The notes beneath the pieces were generated by a model, which was given only the letters and a program-made list of their open reading frames with translations, did no database searches and was not told the origin of the DNA. Shown here piece after piece: positions 38,283 through 48,888 of a stretch of DNA of 64,000 nt. The stretch's first letter is position 1, and every line of letters begins with the position of its first letter. Made by a program: the position numbers and the translations under genes. Source of the DNA: a virus (lineage: Duplodnaviria; Caudoviricetes); the IMG/VR virus record IMGVR_UViG_3300035182_001152, one strand, 5' to 3'.

Positions 38283-39854
38283 GTGACTACATGCGTACCC
38301 ACCCCTTCCGGCCAATCTTGCCCTCCAGCATCTGACTGGGCGTCGTGCCGTCCGTGGGATCTGACCAAAGAAAGTCGCACAAACTGCTACGCAGACGACC
38401 TGATTCAGTCAGCGTTGAACATCGCTGGCGCACAAGTTAATGTGTACAAACTGCTTGGCGTTCACGAACAGACTCTCCTAGTCGACTTGACGGGTAACGG
38501 AACGCCAATCTCTGGTGGCGATGCCGTTAACTACCCCGCAAAGAACGCATTCACAATTCATGCGCAAGAGTGGCGCTCTCGTCAAGTTGGCTCCGCGGCA
38601 ATTTTGGCTTCTGCATACATTGGCTACGATTTCGGCGTTGTCAAGCTTCCAAACGGCCGTCAGCGTTATGGTGTAGAAGCTTCCGTAAGGCAACTGATCA
38701 CAGCGATTAAAATCAAGCAAAGCGCTGATCCTTTGCGTCGGGTTGCTAAAGTTCGCGTTGAGCGTTCAGAAAACGGTATGGACTGGTACGGCGTCGCCGT
38801 TTTGACACTACCAAACGACGACGCGCTAAACACCCTGTACTTCAAGGCAACCGTACCAAACCGCTACTGGCGTCTGCGTCCTATTGGATTTGTTGGGACC
38901 GACTGCGATAGCTGGGGCGTACAAGCGCTCGAGATGTTCGACTATTCGCTGACAGACATCAGCAACATTCAGGACAAGATCCTGATGGAAAACCGCGATC
39001 GCGCATACCAAACAACGCCTGTAATGCTGAAGGGCTATTACGAACTACTGTCTGTGGCAACTGACTTCTCTCGCTTTGGTCTTGAAATCCCAACGTCAAC
39101 GTACCAAATTCGCGTCAACTTCACCGCATGCGTATCAACACTTGGTCGCCCAATCGTGATTGGCGACATTGTCGAACTACCAAGTGAAACGCAATACACT
39201 CCAGACCTGCGTCCTATCAAGCGCTGGTTGGAAGTGACGGATGTTACGTGGGACTCATCGTCGTACACACCAGGCTGGCAGCCAACAATGTTGATGATTA
39301 CAACACAACCAGCACTCGCTACAGAAGAAACGCAAGACATTTTCGGCGATCTTGCTAAGAATGTTGATTCTTCTGGTTTGTTCAACAACGATGATGGCAA
39401 CAACCAGATGTACCAAGATTTCTCAACTGTCTCTCAGACGATTGAGCAAGAATCTAAGACGCAAGTCCCAGAGCGTGGTAGTGAAGGTTCTAACGTCGTC
39501 CGTGAATTTACACCAACAGAGTTGACAAATGCAGCAAACACGGGTGCTCCTCATTTGAACCACTTGGGATTCAACCGCACGGGACTGTATGTAGAGGATG
39601 CAATTCCTCAGAACGACGCCCCGTACACAGAAGGTCCAACTTATCCAGACACCCCCAAAGATGGCGACTACCACCGCATGACATATGTGGGATTGGCGGG
39701 AAACATTCCTGCTCAGCTATACCGCTGGTCTACACTAAAAGGACGCTGGATATATCTGGAAACAGACTTGCGTGAACAGTACAACGATCAAAAGCCACGC
39801 TTAACAGAATACACAACTAGCGCCTACAAGAAGTGGGCCGGGGAGATCAAATAA
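38283..39854 (+). CDS. gp14: Neck/head-closure protein gp14-like with an inserted discoidin (F5/8 type C)-like domain
   Basis: AGAQVNVYKLLG N-terminus; AYIGYDFG..ITAIKIKQ..ERSENGMDW..RYWRLRP insert; GRPIVIGDIVELP..WLEVTDV core; late promoter at 38257. Confidence 0.7.
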   Translation: MTTCVPTPSGQSCPPASDWASCRPWDLTKESRTNCYADDLIQSALNIAGAQVNVYKLLGVHEQTLLVDLTGNGTPISGGDAVNYPAKNAFTIHAQEWRSRQVGSAAILASAYIGYDFGVVKLPNGRQRYGVEASVRQLITAIKIKQSADPLRRVAKVRVERSENGMDWYGVAVLTLPNDDALNTLYFKATVPNRYWRLRPIGFVGTDCDSWGVQALEMFDYSLTDISNIQDKILMENRDRAYQTTPVMLKGYYELLSVATDFSRFGLEIPTSTYQIRVNFTACVSTLGRPIVIGDIVELPSETQYTPDLRPIKRWLEVTDVTWDSSSYTPGWQPTMLMITTQPALATEETQDIFGDLAKNVDSSGLFNNDDGNNQMYQDFSTVSQTIEQESKTQVPERGSEGSNVVREFTPTELTNAANTGAPHLNHLGFNRTGLYVEDAIPQNDAPYTEGPTYPDTPKDGDYHRMTYVGLAGNIPAQLYRWSTLKGRWIYLETDLREQYNDQKPRLTEYTTSAYKKWAGEIK

Positions 39855-40621
39855 TGTCATTCGCACGAGATGGTTACTACTACAACCAGCAACTGAAGAC
39901 TTACATTCTTCAGTTCATGGCAATCTTTACGGACCTTCAGGTGCAAATCGGCAAGTGGAATACTGAGGACGAACGCCTGATTAGTGTTCCAATTCACTAC
40001 GGCTCACAAGACCGCGTAGTTGCGTCGATCCTCGCTGAGAATACACAGAACAAGCCACTGCGTCTGCCTGCCATGAGCGCCTATCTGCGCAATATGACAT
40101 ACAACCCAGCCCGCGCAGTTGGCACCGGCTTTGAGCGCCGACAGTCGTACGTTCCTGTCGGTGGTCTTGTCCCCAATGACATTAACGTTGTGTATCAACG
40201 CCGCCCTGTTCCATACGAGATCGATATGGATCTGTCAATTTACGCCAGTAACACAGACCAACTGTTTCAGATTTTCGAACAGATCCTGCCAATCTTTGAT
40301 CCGATCCTCCAGATCCAAGTGACGGACTCTCTGTTTGACATGAAGAAGATCACCACTGTTGAGTTGACGGGTATTCAAGTTGAAACCAACTACCCAATCT
40401 CAACGGACCGTCGAATCATCCAGTCAACGCTGTCATTCAAACTACCAATTTTCATCGATACCCCCGCAGAAGTGCGCAAAAACTACGTCAACAAGATTTT
40501 CATGCGCGTTGGTGCTGTTAGCACGGACTCAACAGATGAGTTCGATATCATTGGCGACCTCAATTCGCAGGGTATTGCATACGAGTTGATCCAGGATGGC
40601 TCCAGCGTATCCCTCGGCTGA
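39854..40621 (+). CDS. gp15: Tail terminator / sheath stabiliser, gp15-like
   Basis: YYYNQQLKTYILQFMAIF..VPIHYG..LRLPAMS..PVPYEIDMDLSIYASNTDQLFQIFEQILPIFDP. Confidence 0.88.
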   Translation: MSFARDGYYYNQQLKTYILQFMAIFTDLQVQIGKWNTEDERLISVPIHYGSQDRVVASILAENTQNKPLRLPAMSAYLRNMTYNPARAVGTGFERRQSYVPVGGLVPNDINVVYQRRPVPYEIDMDLSIYASNTDQLFQIFEQILPIFDPILQIQVTDSLFDMKKITTVELTGIQVETNYPISTDRRIIQSTLSFKLPIFIDTPAEVRKNYVNKIFMRVGAVSTDSTDEFDIIGDLNSQGIAYELIQDGSSVSLG

Positions 40622-40690
40622 AAATAAAGGTCCAACGGGTCTATTCGATAAATATCTACAACCATTCATGAATTTGATAGGAGTGTCACA

Positions 40691-42673
40691 ATGGCTAACC
40701 TAGTTTCCCCAGGCGTAAGTGTTACAGTAACGAATGAAAGCTTTTTCATTCCTGCTGCTGCCGCAACCGTCCCTCTGATCTTCATCGCTACTGCAGATGA
40801 GAAGAAGCAACCCGACGGTATCACTGACGCCGCAGGTACCTTCGAAAGCAACGTAATCCGCACCGTTACATCTCTGACACAGAGCACGCAACTATACGGC
40901 ATTCCTCGCTTCCTCGTTGACTCTGCTGGCAACCCACAACACGGTGACACCCGCAACGAATACGGTCTGTTTGCGCTGAACCAATTCCTCGGCATTGGTA
41001 GCTACGCTTACGTTGTTCGTGCAAACGTCAACTTGAACGACAGCCTGTCAGACATTCAGCGTATGTGGAACACCAAGATGCAAGAGTCCGCATACGTGCT
41101 CGAAAATCTGGTCAACGCATACCTGAACGAATACAACCAAACAAACGGCTTTGTTTCCAGCTCCGCTAACGCAGTTGGTACACTCGGCTCAATCACAGCC
41201 GGCTCTTCGTACACAGCTGGCACGTACACGAACGTTCCTCTCACGGGTGGCACGGGTTCTGGTGCAACTGCCAACATCACCGTTTCTAGTGGCGGCAATG
41301 TGACGGTAGTCACGGTAGTTAATCGTGGTTCCGGCTACACAGTTGGTGACGTCCTGTCAGCATCCGCATCCAACATCGGTGGCACAGGTTCTGGCTTCTC
41401 CGTCCCTGTCGCAACGTTGACGGGCTTCAAGCAAACTGTTAACCAAACGACTCTGCTGTCCCTCGCAGCAACAGCAACGTACCCAGTGTGGCAGATGTTC
41501 TCGTTCAAGAACTCGATGGACTCGTTCACAAACGACTTCACGTCGGCTCCTCAATTGGTGTATGCAAACGGCTTCTCTGCTGCCTCCACGGGCACGTTTG
41601 TTGGTTTGACTGGCGACGCTGTTGCCTGGGTCACCGGCGCACTCGGTAGCGTGGTTGGTACAGAATGGACAGCTACCGAAGCATCTGCAACACTGCTTGG
41701 CGCAGCTGACTCGTTCAAGTTCACCACGAACTTCCTGAACCAAACCAGCCTTGGCGCAAACGACGCAGCACGTCGCGTTGCAGTTGTTACAGCTCTCGCA
41801 GCGTCGATCAACAGCAACACAGACATCCGTTCGGAAATCTACGAATACAACCTGATCCTGTGCCCTGGTTACTACGAACTGGTTGACGAAATGCTGAATC
41901 TTCGCGCAGACATTCAAGAAGAAGCATTTGTGATCGGTGACGTTCCCTTCGACAAGTCTCCAGAAGATGTCGTCACGTGGGCTGCAACAGTTGATCGTCG
42001 CACGTCAACAGGTCTGGCATACTACTACCCACACGGCTTGGCCTCCAATTTGGATGGCGCAAACGTGTTCGTGGCAGCATCCGGCATCGCTCTGCGCACG
42101 ATTACATACAGCGATGATGTTTCCGAGTTGTGGGTTGCCCCAGCTGGTACACGTCGTGGTCTGGTTTCAGGCGTTTCGAATGTTGGTTACGTAACTGGTA
42201 CGCTGGGTACTGCTACAACGTTCGTTGATGTTGCTCTCAATGGTGGTCAACGTGACAACATGTACAAGTACTTCACCAACCTGAACCCAATCGTGTTCTT
42301 CCCGGGTCGTGGTATTATCGTGTGGGGTCAAAAGACTTCCGCTCCCGATGCCTCAGCTCTCGACCGTATCAACGTCGAGCGTCTGGTTGAATACGTCCGC
42401 CGTCAACTTCGCAAGAATACGATGTCGTTCGTCTTCGAACCTAACGACCAGCTGACACGCGATAACCTGAAAGCAACGGTTGACGCATTCCTCGGTGACC
42501 TGATTGTCAAGCGCGGTCTGTATGACTTTGCTACCATTTGCGATAGCTCAAACAACACTCCTGATCGTATCGATCGCAACGAGCTATACATTGACATCGC
42601 TTTGAAGCCAGTTCGTGCAGCTGAATTCTTGTACATCCCAATCCGCATTGTTGCTACTGGCGCATCAATCTAA
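40691..42673 (+). CDS. gp18: Tail sheath protein
   Basis: [14 protein letters not shown] start; [11 protein letters not shown]; [14 protein letters not shown]; FEPNDQLTR; [22 protein letters not shown]. Confidence 0.96.
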   Translation: MANLVSPGVSVTVTNESFFIPAAAATVPLIFIATADEKKQPDGITDAAGTFESNVIRTVTSLTQSTQLYGIPRFLVDSAGNPQHGDTRNEYGLFALNQFLGIGSYAYVVRANVNLNDSLSDIQRMWNTKMQESAYVLENLVNAYLNEYNQTNGFVSSSANAVGTLGSITAGSSYTAGTYTNVPLTGGTGSGATANITVSSGGNVTVVTVVNRGSGYTVGDVLSASASNIGGTGSGFSVPVATLTGFKQTVNQTTLLSLAATATYPVWQMFSFKNSMDSFTNDFTSAPQLVYANGFSAASTGTFVGLTGDAVAWVTGALGSVVGTEWTATEASATLLGAADSFKFTTNFLNQTSLGANDAARRVAVVTALAASINSNTDIRSEIYEYNLILCPGYYELVDEMLNLRADIQEEAFVIGDVPFDKSPEDVVTWAATVDRRTSTGLAYYYPHGLASNLDGANVFVAASGIALRTITYSDDVSELWVAPAGTRRGLVSGVSNVGYVTGTLGTATTFVDVALNGGQRDNMYKYFTNLNPIVFFPGRGIIVWGQKTSAPDASALDRINVERLVEYVRRQLRKNTMSFVFEPNDQLTRDNLKATVDAFLGDLIVKRGLYDFATICDSSNNTPDRIDRNELYIDIALKPVRAAEFLYIPIRIVATGASI

Positions 42674-42701
42674 ATAAATAGCACAAACAAGGAGACACAG
42701 C

Positions 42702-43292
42702 GTGAGTACAATCAATGACATCGGTATCCCAGGCGTAGGCACTGGTATCCTTCAACCAAAGTTAAAGAACCGTTGGCGTGTGACGTTCGCCAACATGGGC
42801 GGTGGCACGGATAGTCAGCCTGTTTCCATGCAGGCGATTAGCGTCAACCGTCCTAAGCTGACGCACGAAAAGATCACACTGCACCGCTACAACTCAGTGT
42901 CGTATATCGCCGGCAAGCACTCGTGGGAGCCAATGTCTCTCACGATTCAAGACGACGTAACAGGTACGGCAGCAGCGGTAATTCAGGCGCAAGAACAGAA
43001 GCAACAGTGGCTGATTGGTGCTGAAGGTCAATGGCTTGCAGCTGCTGGTGAAGGTTCTCTGTACAAGTACGTGACGTACCTCGATATGCTTGACGGTAAC
43101 GACCAAGTAATCGAACGTTGGACTATTGAAGGTTGCTGGATTGAAAGCGTTGACTACGGTGAAATTGCATACGAATCGAGCGATCCAGTGACGATCACTC
43201 TGTCCGTTAGCTACGACCACGCTCGCCAGAACATCGGCGGCTACAACCAAGGTCAAGGTATCGCAACAGGCGGCGCAGGTAAGATTCAATAA
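42702..43292 (+). CDS. gp19: Tail tube protein
   Basis: LQPKLKNRWRVTF..RPKL..YIAGKHSWEPMSLTIQDD..WTIEGCW..ITLSVSYDHA; follows the sheath gene. Confidence 0.92.
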   Translation: MSTINDIGIPGVGTGILQPKLKNRWRVTFANMGGGTDSQPVSMQAISVNRPKLTHEKITLHRYNSVSYIAGKHSWEPMSLTIQDDVTGTAAAVIQAQEQKQQWLIGAEGQWLAAAGEGSLYKYVTYLDMLDGNDQVIERWTIEGCWIESVDYGEIAYESSDPVTITLSVSYDHARQNIGGYNQGQGIATGGAGKIQ

Positions 43293-43311
43293 TCAAACCA
43301 CGCTACGAAAC

Positions 43312-43336
43312 AAAAGCTCGCTCCGGCGAGCTTTTT
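43312..43336 (+). terminator. Intrinsic terminator
   Basis: AAAAGCTCGC-TCCG-GCGAGCTTTTT. Confidence 0.8.
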
Positions 43337-43382
43337 CTTTGGGCTATAAGGCCATAAATACGGCATAACCTAAGGGCATTCT

Positions 43383-44804
43383 ATGACAGATCCACGTACG
43401 TTCACCGTAAAGCAGTGTGAATCCTGCTACTCGCAGAAAAGTGGCGCATCTATCGCCAACGCTACGGGCTCACGTCGCGACTTCTTCAATGCCTTGGGTA
43501 AAGTAGGTGATCTGCAGGTACTAAACAGTGTTAGCGGTGGCACGATCGGTCGCGGACTGCGCAATCTCGCAAGCATCTCCAACTCAATTCGCGTTGGCCA
43601 AGGCGCTTTGCCATCATCTATCGGCACGTCCTTAGAGACAGGTGCGAACTGGGTGCTAGCTCAGACTGGCATCGCTCCTACCGTTGTCACAGCTGTACAG
43701 GGCTTCAATCCCGCAATTGCAAACCAAGCGTATGGACAAGCAAAAAGTGTGTTCTCTGACGTCAAATCAGGTAACTTCTCACTATCGAACATCCCGTATG
43801 TGCTGCAAGATTTTCAGAACCTGGAGCGTCTTGGCCGCAACATCTTTACCCCCGGTCTCGGCGATGTACAAACGGCTCTTGGGGAACATTGTGAAGCATC
43901 GCCATACGCTGTTGACCTGATTGCACGTGCACCAAAGTACAAATTCCTATTTGTTGTACAATTCATTGCAAACAAAGGCTACGGTGATTTGAGTGGTCAA
44001 GGTTTGAGTCCCCTAGACATGGCCTTCACCGTCAAGAAGGCTTCTCGTCCGAACTTGAAGTTCCACTACGACGACGTTAACTACTACAACTACCGTACAA
44101 AAGTTATCACCAAGACGGAGTTTGAAGAGATGAACATGTCGTTCTTGGACGATACGCAAAACATTGCAGGTCAATTCTATCACGCTTACATGCGTGCGAT
44201 GTCACCAATCACTGGCATTGAAGAATCAGGTGCGCTCGCTGACTTGCTTGAGCAGGGTGGCATGGACTTTGAAAATAAGACCCTAACAGCAAACCAAATT
44301 ATGAACACGATTGGTGCAAGTACGTACGCTGCTTCGTCTGGCACGCTTGCAAACGATACTAAAGACGTGTTCAAGGAAATTCGCCTATATCACCTGTTTG
44401 ATAACGGTAACCGGATGAACGTCTGGCGATTCTTCAACCCCAAGATCACATCGTTGAACCTCGACGAGCTTGACATGTCCATCGGCACCGAAGGCAGTGA
44501 ATTGTCAATCCAATTCACTTACGATAGTGTGTTCATGGATCCCGACGTTTCTCTGGCGGATGATAGCAAGTACAACTTGAAGCAAACACAACGTGGCGCA
44601 TTGTACCCCCTCAAGTACAACGGCAAAACGTCTGGTGCCAACTCACCAATTTCTACAACAACCAACATTAACGGCCAATCTACAGATTTGCTGGGTGGCT
44701 TGTCAAATACCGTTAGTGCGGTTGGTAACGCCGCCACAGCGGCCGTCGCTGATCTCAGCACCAAATTTAGCAGCGCAATTTCCAGTCTACCGTTTGGTAG
44801 TTAA
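43383..44804 (+). CDS. Tube-fold baseplate/tail protein (gp19/gp54-like domain)
   Basis: PKYKFLFVVQF..VKKASRPNLKF..VNYYNYRTKVITKTEFEEMNMSFLDD..SIQFTYD; late promoter at 43354. Confidence 0.6.
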   Translation: MTDPRTFTVKQCESCYSQKSGASIANATGSRRDFFNALGKVGDLQVLNSVSGGTIGRGLRNLASISNSIRVGQGALPSSIGTSLETGANWVLAQTGIAPTVVTAVQGFNPAIANQAYGQAKSVFSDVKSGNFSLSNIPYVLQDFQNLERLGRNIFTPGLGDVQTALGEHCEASPYAVDLIARAPKYKFLFVVQFIANKGYGDLSGQGLSPLDMAFTVKKASRPNLKFHYDDVNYYNYRTKVITKTEFEEMNMSFLDDTQNIAGQFYHAYMRAMSPITGIEESGALADLLEQGGMDFENKTLTANQIMNTIGASTYAASSGTLANDTKDVFKEIRLYHLFDNGNRMNVWRFFNPKITSLNLDELDMSIGTEGSELSIQFTYDSVFMDPDVSLADDSKYNLKQTQRGALYPLKYNGKTSGANSPISTTTNINGQSTDLLGGLSNTVSAVGNAATAAVADLSTKFSSAISSLPFGS

Positions 44805-44805
44805 T

Positions 44806-45294
44806 ATGGCAGGTCCTACACTTAAAGACCAACAGTTGATGCGACGCCCGTCCGGTACAAGCAACCGACGGTTTACGCAGGGACTGTTCACCCCCCGTAA
44901 CCCTCAGAAGTACGTCGGTGATGTGACAAAGATTCGCTACATGTCATCGTACGAATTGGAAACCCACAAGTTCTTCGACAGCAACGAACGAGTGCTACGC
45001 TGGTCCAGTGAAGAGATCGCAATTCCGTATTTGAAGCCCACCGATCAAAAGGTGCATAAATACTGGCCAGACTATTGGGTTGAGTACATCAACAAAGACG
45101 GTGAGATCGTTCAAGAGATCATTGAAGTGAAGCCAGCTGCGCAAACTCGCATGCCTCGGAAAAACAGCAAACACAACTTGTACGAATCGCTGACCCTTGC
45201 GGTAAATGTCGCAAAGTGGCAGGCAGCCCAAGCGTTCTGTAAGGCTCGGGGCATGGCCTTTAGGATCATCACAGAGCGCAGTATTTTCAAATAA
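44806..45294 (+). CDS. gp4: Head completion nuclease, gp4-like (TnsA-like PD-(D/E)xK)
   Basis: FTPRNPQKYVGD..IRYMSSYE..WSSEEIAIPY..YWPDY..IIEVKP..NVAKWQAA. Confidence 0.92.
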   Translation: MAGPTLKDQQLMRRPSGTSNRRFTQGLFTPRNPQKYVGDVTKIRYMSSYELETHKFFDSNERVLRWSSEEIAIPYLKPTDQKVHKYWPDYWVEYINKDGEIVQEIIEVKPAAQTRMPRKNSKHNLYESLTLAVNVAKWQAAQAFCKARGMAFRIITERSIFK

Positions 45295-45330
45295 CAGAAA
45301 GAAGCATGAATAAGTTCGGGAGAACTCATT

Positions 45331-46092
45331 ATGTTAAATACAGAGCAATTTATTGAGCGGGCCCACTCAATACATGGGACGACATACGACTATACGCTGT
45401 GCAAGTATACTAAGAGCACAGTACCCGTCACAATCATATGCCCGGAACATGGGCAATTTGAACAACAGCCAATTATCCACACGTTTAACAAAGCTGGATG
45501 CCCCAAGTGCAGCAACAAGCGCAAAGGTGCCTACCACAAAAAGGACACAAATTGGTTTGTGCAAGAGGCGGTCAAAATACATGGATTGAAGTACAGCTAT
45601 CAAAAAGTCGCCTACCACCGATACCATGATAAGGTGGAGATCATCTGCCCAACGCATGGATCTTTTTGTCAAACCCCGGGTGCACATATCTTTCAAAAGC
45701 AGGGATGTCCCACGTGTTCGTATCAAGACTATGAAGGTGGATACGGCAAACAACGATTTGTTAGCCATCCAGAGATAAAAGACAGGCCGGCGATGTTGTA
45801 TGTGATAAAGTGCACAGGGAATGATGAACGCTTCATCAAGATCGGTATCACACAACATTCACTTGATCATCGGTTCCGCAAGACGAACACTATCCCGTAC
45901 GCATACGAAACAGTAGACATCGTTTCGGGGACTTTGTACCAGATGTTCAAGTATGAACAGAACCTGAAAAGATTGTTCAAGGCTTACAAGTACAAGCCCC
46001 AGCTAAAATTCAATGGGCATACGGAATGTTTAATCGTCGATTGCGAAGCATCCCTCTACGAGGCGCTAAATACCCTAAAGGAACTACCATGA
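45331..46092 (+). CDS. Homing endonuclease (two Zn-finger repeats plus a GIY-YIG/T5orf172-like domain)
   Basis: HG..YDY..Y....V.IICP.HG.F.Q.P..H....GCP.C twice; LYVIKC..FIKIGIT; FNGHTEC. Confidence 0.8.
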   Translation: MLNTEQFIERAHSIHGTTYDYTLCKYTKSTVPVTIICPEHGQFEQQPIIHTFNKAGCPKCSNKRKGAYHKKDTNWFVQEAVKIHGLKYSYQKVAYHRYHDKVEIICPTHGSFCQTPGAHIFQKQGCPTCSYQDYEGGYGKQRFVSHPEIKDRPAMLYVIKCTGNDERFIKIGITQHSLDHRFRKTNTIPYAYETVDIVSGTLYQMFKYEQNLKRLFKAYKYKPQLKFNGHTECLIVDCEASLYEALNTLKELP

Positions 46093-46538
46093 GCGGATAC
46101 GTCGTAAACCAAAAAACCATCGAACATCCTTTGGAGGATGTATTCGACATTGAATCTGGTACAACTATTGTTGAATACAAGGAAGTTGTACCAGATCAAG
46201 TCGTGCCGATGGTTAACTACGACAAAAAGGACGACGAGATTGAAGGTAAGCTTGAAGAGATTTACGCAATCGCAATCGGACAAGTTGGTGCAATTGCTGA
46301 CGAAATGGAACGTGTTGAAGGCAAGTACAAAGCTCGGATGGGTGAAGTAACTGCTACGATGCTAAACGTCGCTCTTGGTGCCGTTCGTGAAAAGTCTATG
46401 TTGAAGATGCACAAGGACAAGCTCTCACCTGTGACAGGCCAGGGCCCCCAGACTGTGCACAATAATCTGAATATCGTGGCAGATCGCAACGAACTGCTCC
46501 GAATGTTGATGGACAAAAACAAGTCTCAACCCCAATAG
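46089..46538 (+). CDS. Terminase small subunit (putative)
   Basis: Immediately upstream of the large terminase; helical core; NNLNIVADRNELLRML end; CTAAATA at 46066. Confidence 0.65.
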   Translation: MSGYVVNQKTIEHPLEDVFDIESGTTIVEYKEVVPDQVVPMVNYDKKDDEIEGKLEEIYAIAIGQVGAIADEMERVEGKYKARMGEVTATMLNVALGAVREKSMLKMHKDKLSPVTGQGPQTVHNNLNIVADRNELLRMLMDKNKSQPQ

Positions 46539-46571
46539 GTGACCTGTTAAACCACGTGGGTAAATATGCCC

Positions 46572-48149
46572 ATGGCAAAAAATAGTAACCCATTCCTCAA
46601 AAAAGCAAACGAGCAACACGAGTATACGGCCGAACAGGTCATGGAACTCGATAAATGCTCGCGCGATCCTGAATACTTCATTGACACATACTGCCAGATC
46701 CAACACGCTGTGCAGGGGTCGATCCGCTTTGCCTTGCGTCCATACCAGCACAAGATTATCAAGACTTTTGCGAACAATCGACTTTCGATTACGCTCGCTC
46801 CCCGTCAGATTGGTAAATCCTGGATTGCTGGTGCATTCTTGTTGTGGTTCGCCACTTTCCACTCCGAAAAGACGGTGGTTATCGCATCAAACAAGAATGA
46901 TAACGCCATGGAAATGATCCACCGCGTTCGATTCATCTATGAACGACTGCCGCATTGGATCAAACCTGGCTTGACGGCAGACGGTTGGAACAAACACGCT
47001 GTTGCATTCGATAACCACAGCCGTATCATCTCTCAGGCAACGTCTGAAAACACAGGTCGTGGTCTGTCAATCTCTCTGCTGTTCCTCGACGAATTCGCAT
47101 TCGTACGTGACGGTATTGCTGAAGAATTTTGGACGTCGATCTCACCTACCCTAGCAACCGGTGGTAATTGTATTATCTGCTCAACACCTAATGGTGACAT
47201 GAACAGATTCGCGCAATTGTGGCGCGGCGCAAACATTCCACACCCAACGATGGAAGGTGTAGGTATCAATGGGTTCGCTCCGATTGAGGTAATGTGGGAT
47301 GAGCCACCCGGTCGTGATGCGAAGTTCAAAGAAGCGGAAATCGCCAAGATTGGTGATATACGCTGGATGCAGGAATACGAGTGCCAATTCCTATCGAATG
47401 ATCCATTGCTGATTGACACGGTTGTGTTGGCAAACTTGACCAAACTGATTGAGCGAGTTCGACCAGCCGGCAAATCAGGGGAGATTGTGTTCTACAAAGA
47501 ACCGGCACCAAATACAACGTATTTGGTCGGTATGGATGCCGCAACAGGTTCTGGTAACGACTATACAGCAATCGTTGTATACGACTTCCCAGGACTTGAG
47601 CAGGTTGCTGAATTCCGCTCGAACACAATGTCTTCCGTTACAGCATACCACATGCTGAAGAAGATCCTGAAGATTTACGAACGTGCTAAAGGTAACGTGT
47701 ACTTCTCTGTGGAGAACAACGGTGTTGGCGAAGCTGTAATGGCGCTGTTTGAAGCAGACGAGAACCCGCCAGAAACCGCGGAGTTTGTGTCAGAAACGGG
47801 ACAGAAGCGCAAGGGCATGACTACGTCTGGCAAATCGAAGATCAAAGCGTGTTTAACGTTCAAGGAAATGATCGAGCGCAACGGGATCCACATCAAATCG
47901 AAGGCGATGCTGGCTGAGCTGAAGAACTTTGTTCGCTCAAAGGGATCATATGCCGCCAAAACTAGCAGTACAGACGACCTAATCATGGCGACACTGATTG
48001 CAGTGCGGTTGCTAGAAGAAATCGCATCGTACGACCAAGATGCGTACGATAAAATGTACGCTCACGCTTTCATCTCCGAAGGTGAATCGTCATATTCATC
48101 TGAGCAATATGACGAAAGCGACTACGGATCTGCAATGGTCTTCGGTTGA
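46572..48149 (+). CDS. gp17: Terminase large subunit
   Basis: Walker A APRQIGKS, Walker B LFLDEFAF, STPNG, nuclease GMDAATG..DY and DDLIMA. No intein seen. Confidence 0.97.
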   Translation: MAKNSNPFLKKANEQHEYTAEQVMELDKCSRDPEYFIDTYCQIQHAVQGSIRFALRPYQHKIIKTFANNRLSITLAPRQIGKSWIAGAFLLWFATFHSEKTVVIASNKNDNAMEMIHRVRFIYERLPHWIKPGLTADGWNKHAVAFDNHSRIISQATSENTGRGLSISLLFLDEFAFVRDGIAEEFWTSISPTLATGGNCIICSTPNGDMNRFAQLWRGANIPHPTMEGVGINGFAPIEVMWDEPPGRDAKFKEAEIAKIGDIRWMQEYECQFLSNDPLLIDTVVLANLTKLIERVRPAGKSGEIVFYKEPAPNTTYLVGMDAATGSGNDYTAIVVYDFPGLEQVAEFRSNTMSSVTAYHMLKKILKIYERAKGNVYFSVENNGVGEAVMALFEADENPPETAEFVSETGQKRKGMTTSGKSKIKACLTFKEMIERNGIHIKSKAMLAELKNFVRSKGSYAAKTSSTDDLIMATLIAVRLLEEIASYDQDAYDKMYAHAFISEGESSYSSEQYDESDYGSAMVFG

Positions 48150-48175
48150 CCAGTCAATGGGGTCAACTCTATACT
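48146..48175 (+). promoter_or_regulatory. Sigma70-type promoter TTGACC-N18-TATACT
   Basis: Upstream of the HD gene; the -35 box lies inside a GTTGACC-N9-GGTCAAC dyad. Confidence 0.6.
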
Positions 48176-48200
48176 GGTGTGACATAACCCAGGATAGAAC

Positions 48201-48857
48201 ATGACCTATATCGTCGATCACCGTCAAACATTACTAGACCAATATCAAGGTCTGAAGACGCTTCCGCCATTCCGCCGCATGGCGACGACGGTAGAAGATA
48301 GCCCATGGCATCGCGAAGCGAATGTGCTCGTGCACACCGACATGGTGATGGATAAATACGTCAAGCTGATGGATGGCCGTCTCAGCCCCAGCGATCTGGG
48401 TGATGAGAAATGGACTCGCTTGATGTATCTTGGCGGAATTGCTGCCGCGTTCCACGATGTTGGCAAGCCCGCCGCAGAGACGAAGCAGTACAGCGAAACT
48501 CGTGGTGAATATCGTCGTTATGGCGGGCACGAACTTCTGTCTGCTCGGATGTTCGAAGATTATGCCGTCCAGCGATTCCCGATGTTTTCCGCACAGGAAA
48601 TCGTCATGGTCTCGTGGATGATCGAACATCACTTGTTCTGGAACGCAGATACCAAGAAGCAAGAAAACCTCGCCCGCACGTTGAACACTTTCGGCCCAAT
48701 GGGCGTGGATGTGTACACGTGCCTGCTGCTCGCTGACCAATATGGTCGCATCTCGGACGATCCCGATAAGAACGCAAAGGCTGATGCCTACGTTGAAGGA
48801 TTCGTTCAACTCGCAAAGGAAATTGGCATGCCTACTCCCACTACACCTGCGAGCTGA
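48201..48857 (+). CDS. HD-domain phosphohydrolase
   Basis: WHREANVLVHT..AAAFHDVGKP..GGHE..IEHH..ADQYGR. Confidence 0.85.
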   Translation: MTYIVDHRQTLLDQYQGLKTLPPFRRMATTVEDSPWHREANVLVHTDMVMDKYVKLMDGRLSPSDLGDEKWTRLMYLGGIAAAFHDVGKPAAETKQYSETRGEYRRYGGHELLSARMFEDYAVQRFPMFSAQEIVMVSWMIEHHLFWNADTKKQENLARTLNTFGPMGVDVYTCLLLADQYGRISDDPDKNAKADAYVEGFVQLAKEIGMPTPTTPAS

Positions 48858-48888
48858 AGCTAGGACTGTTCCTGAATTATATCAAGGT

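Noticed and set aside
46572-48149. Intein or intron in the terminase, portal or capsid genes
   Set aside because: Lengths and motif spacing are consistent with uninterrupted proteins.
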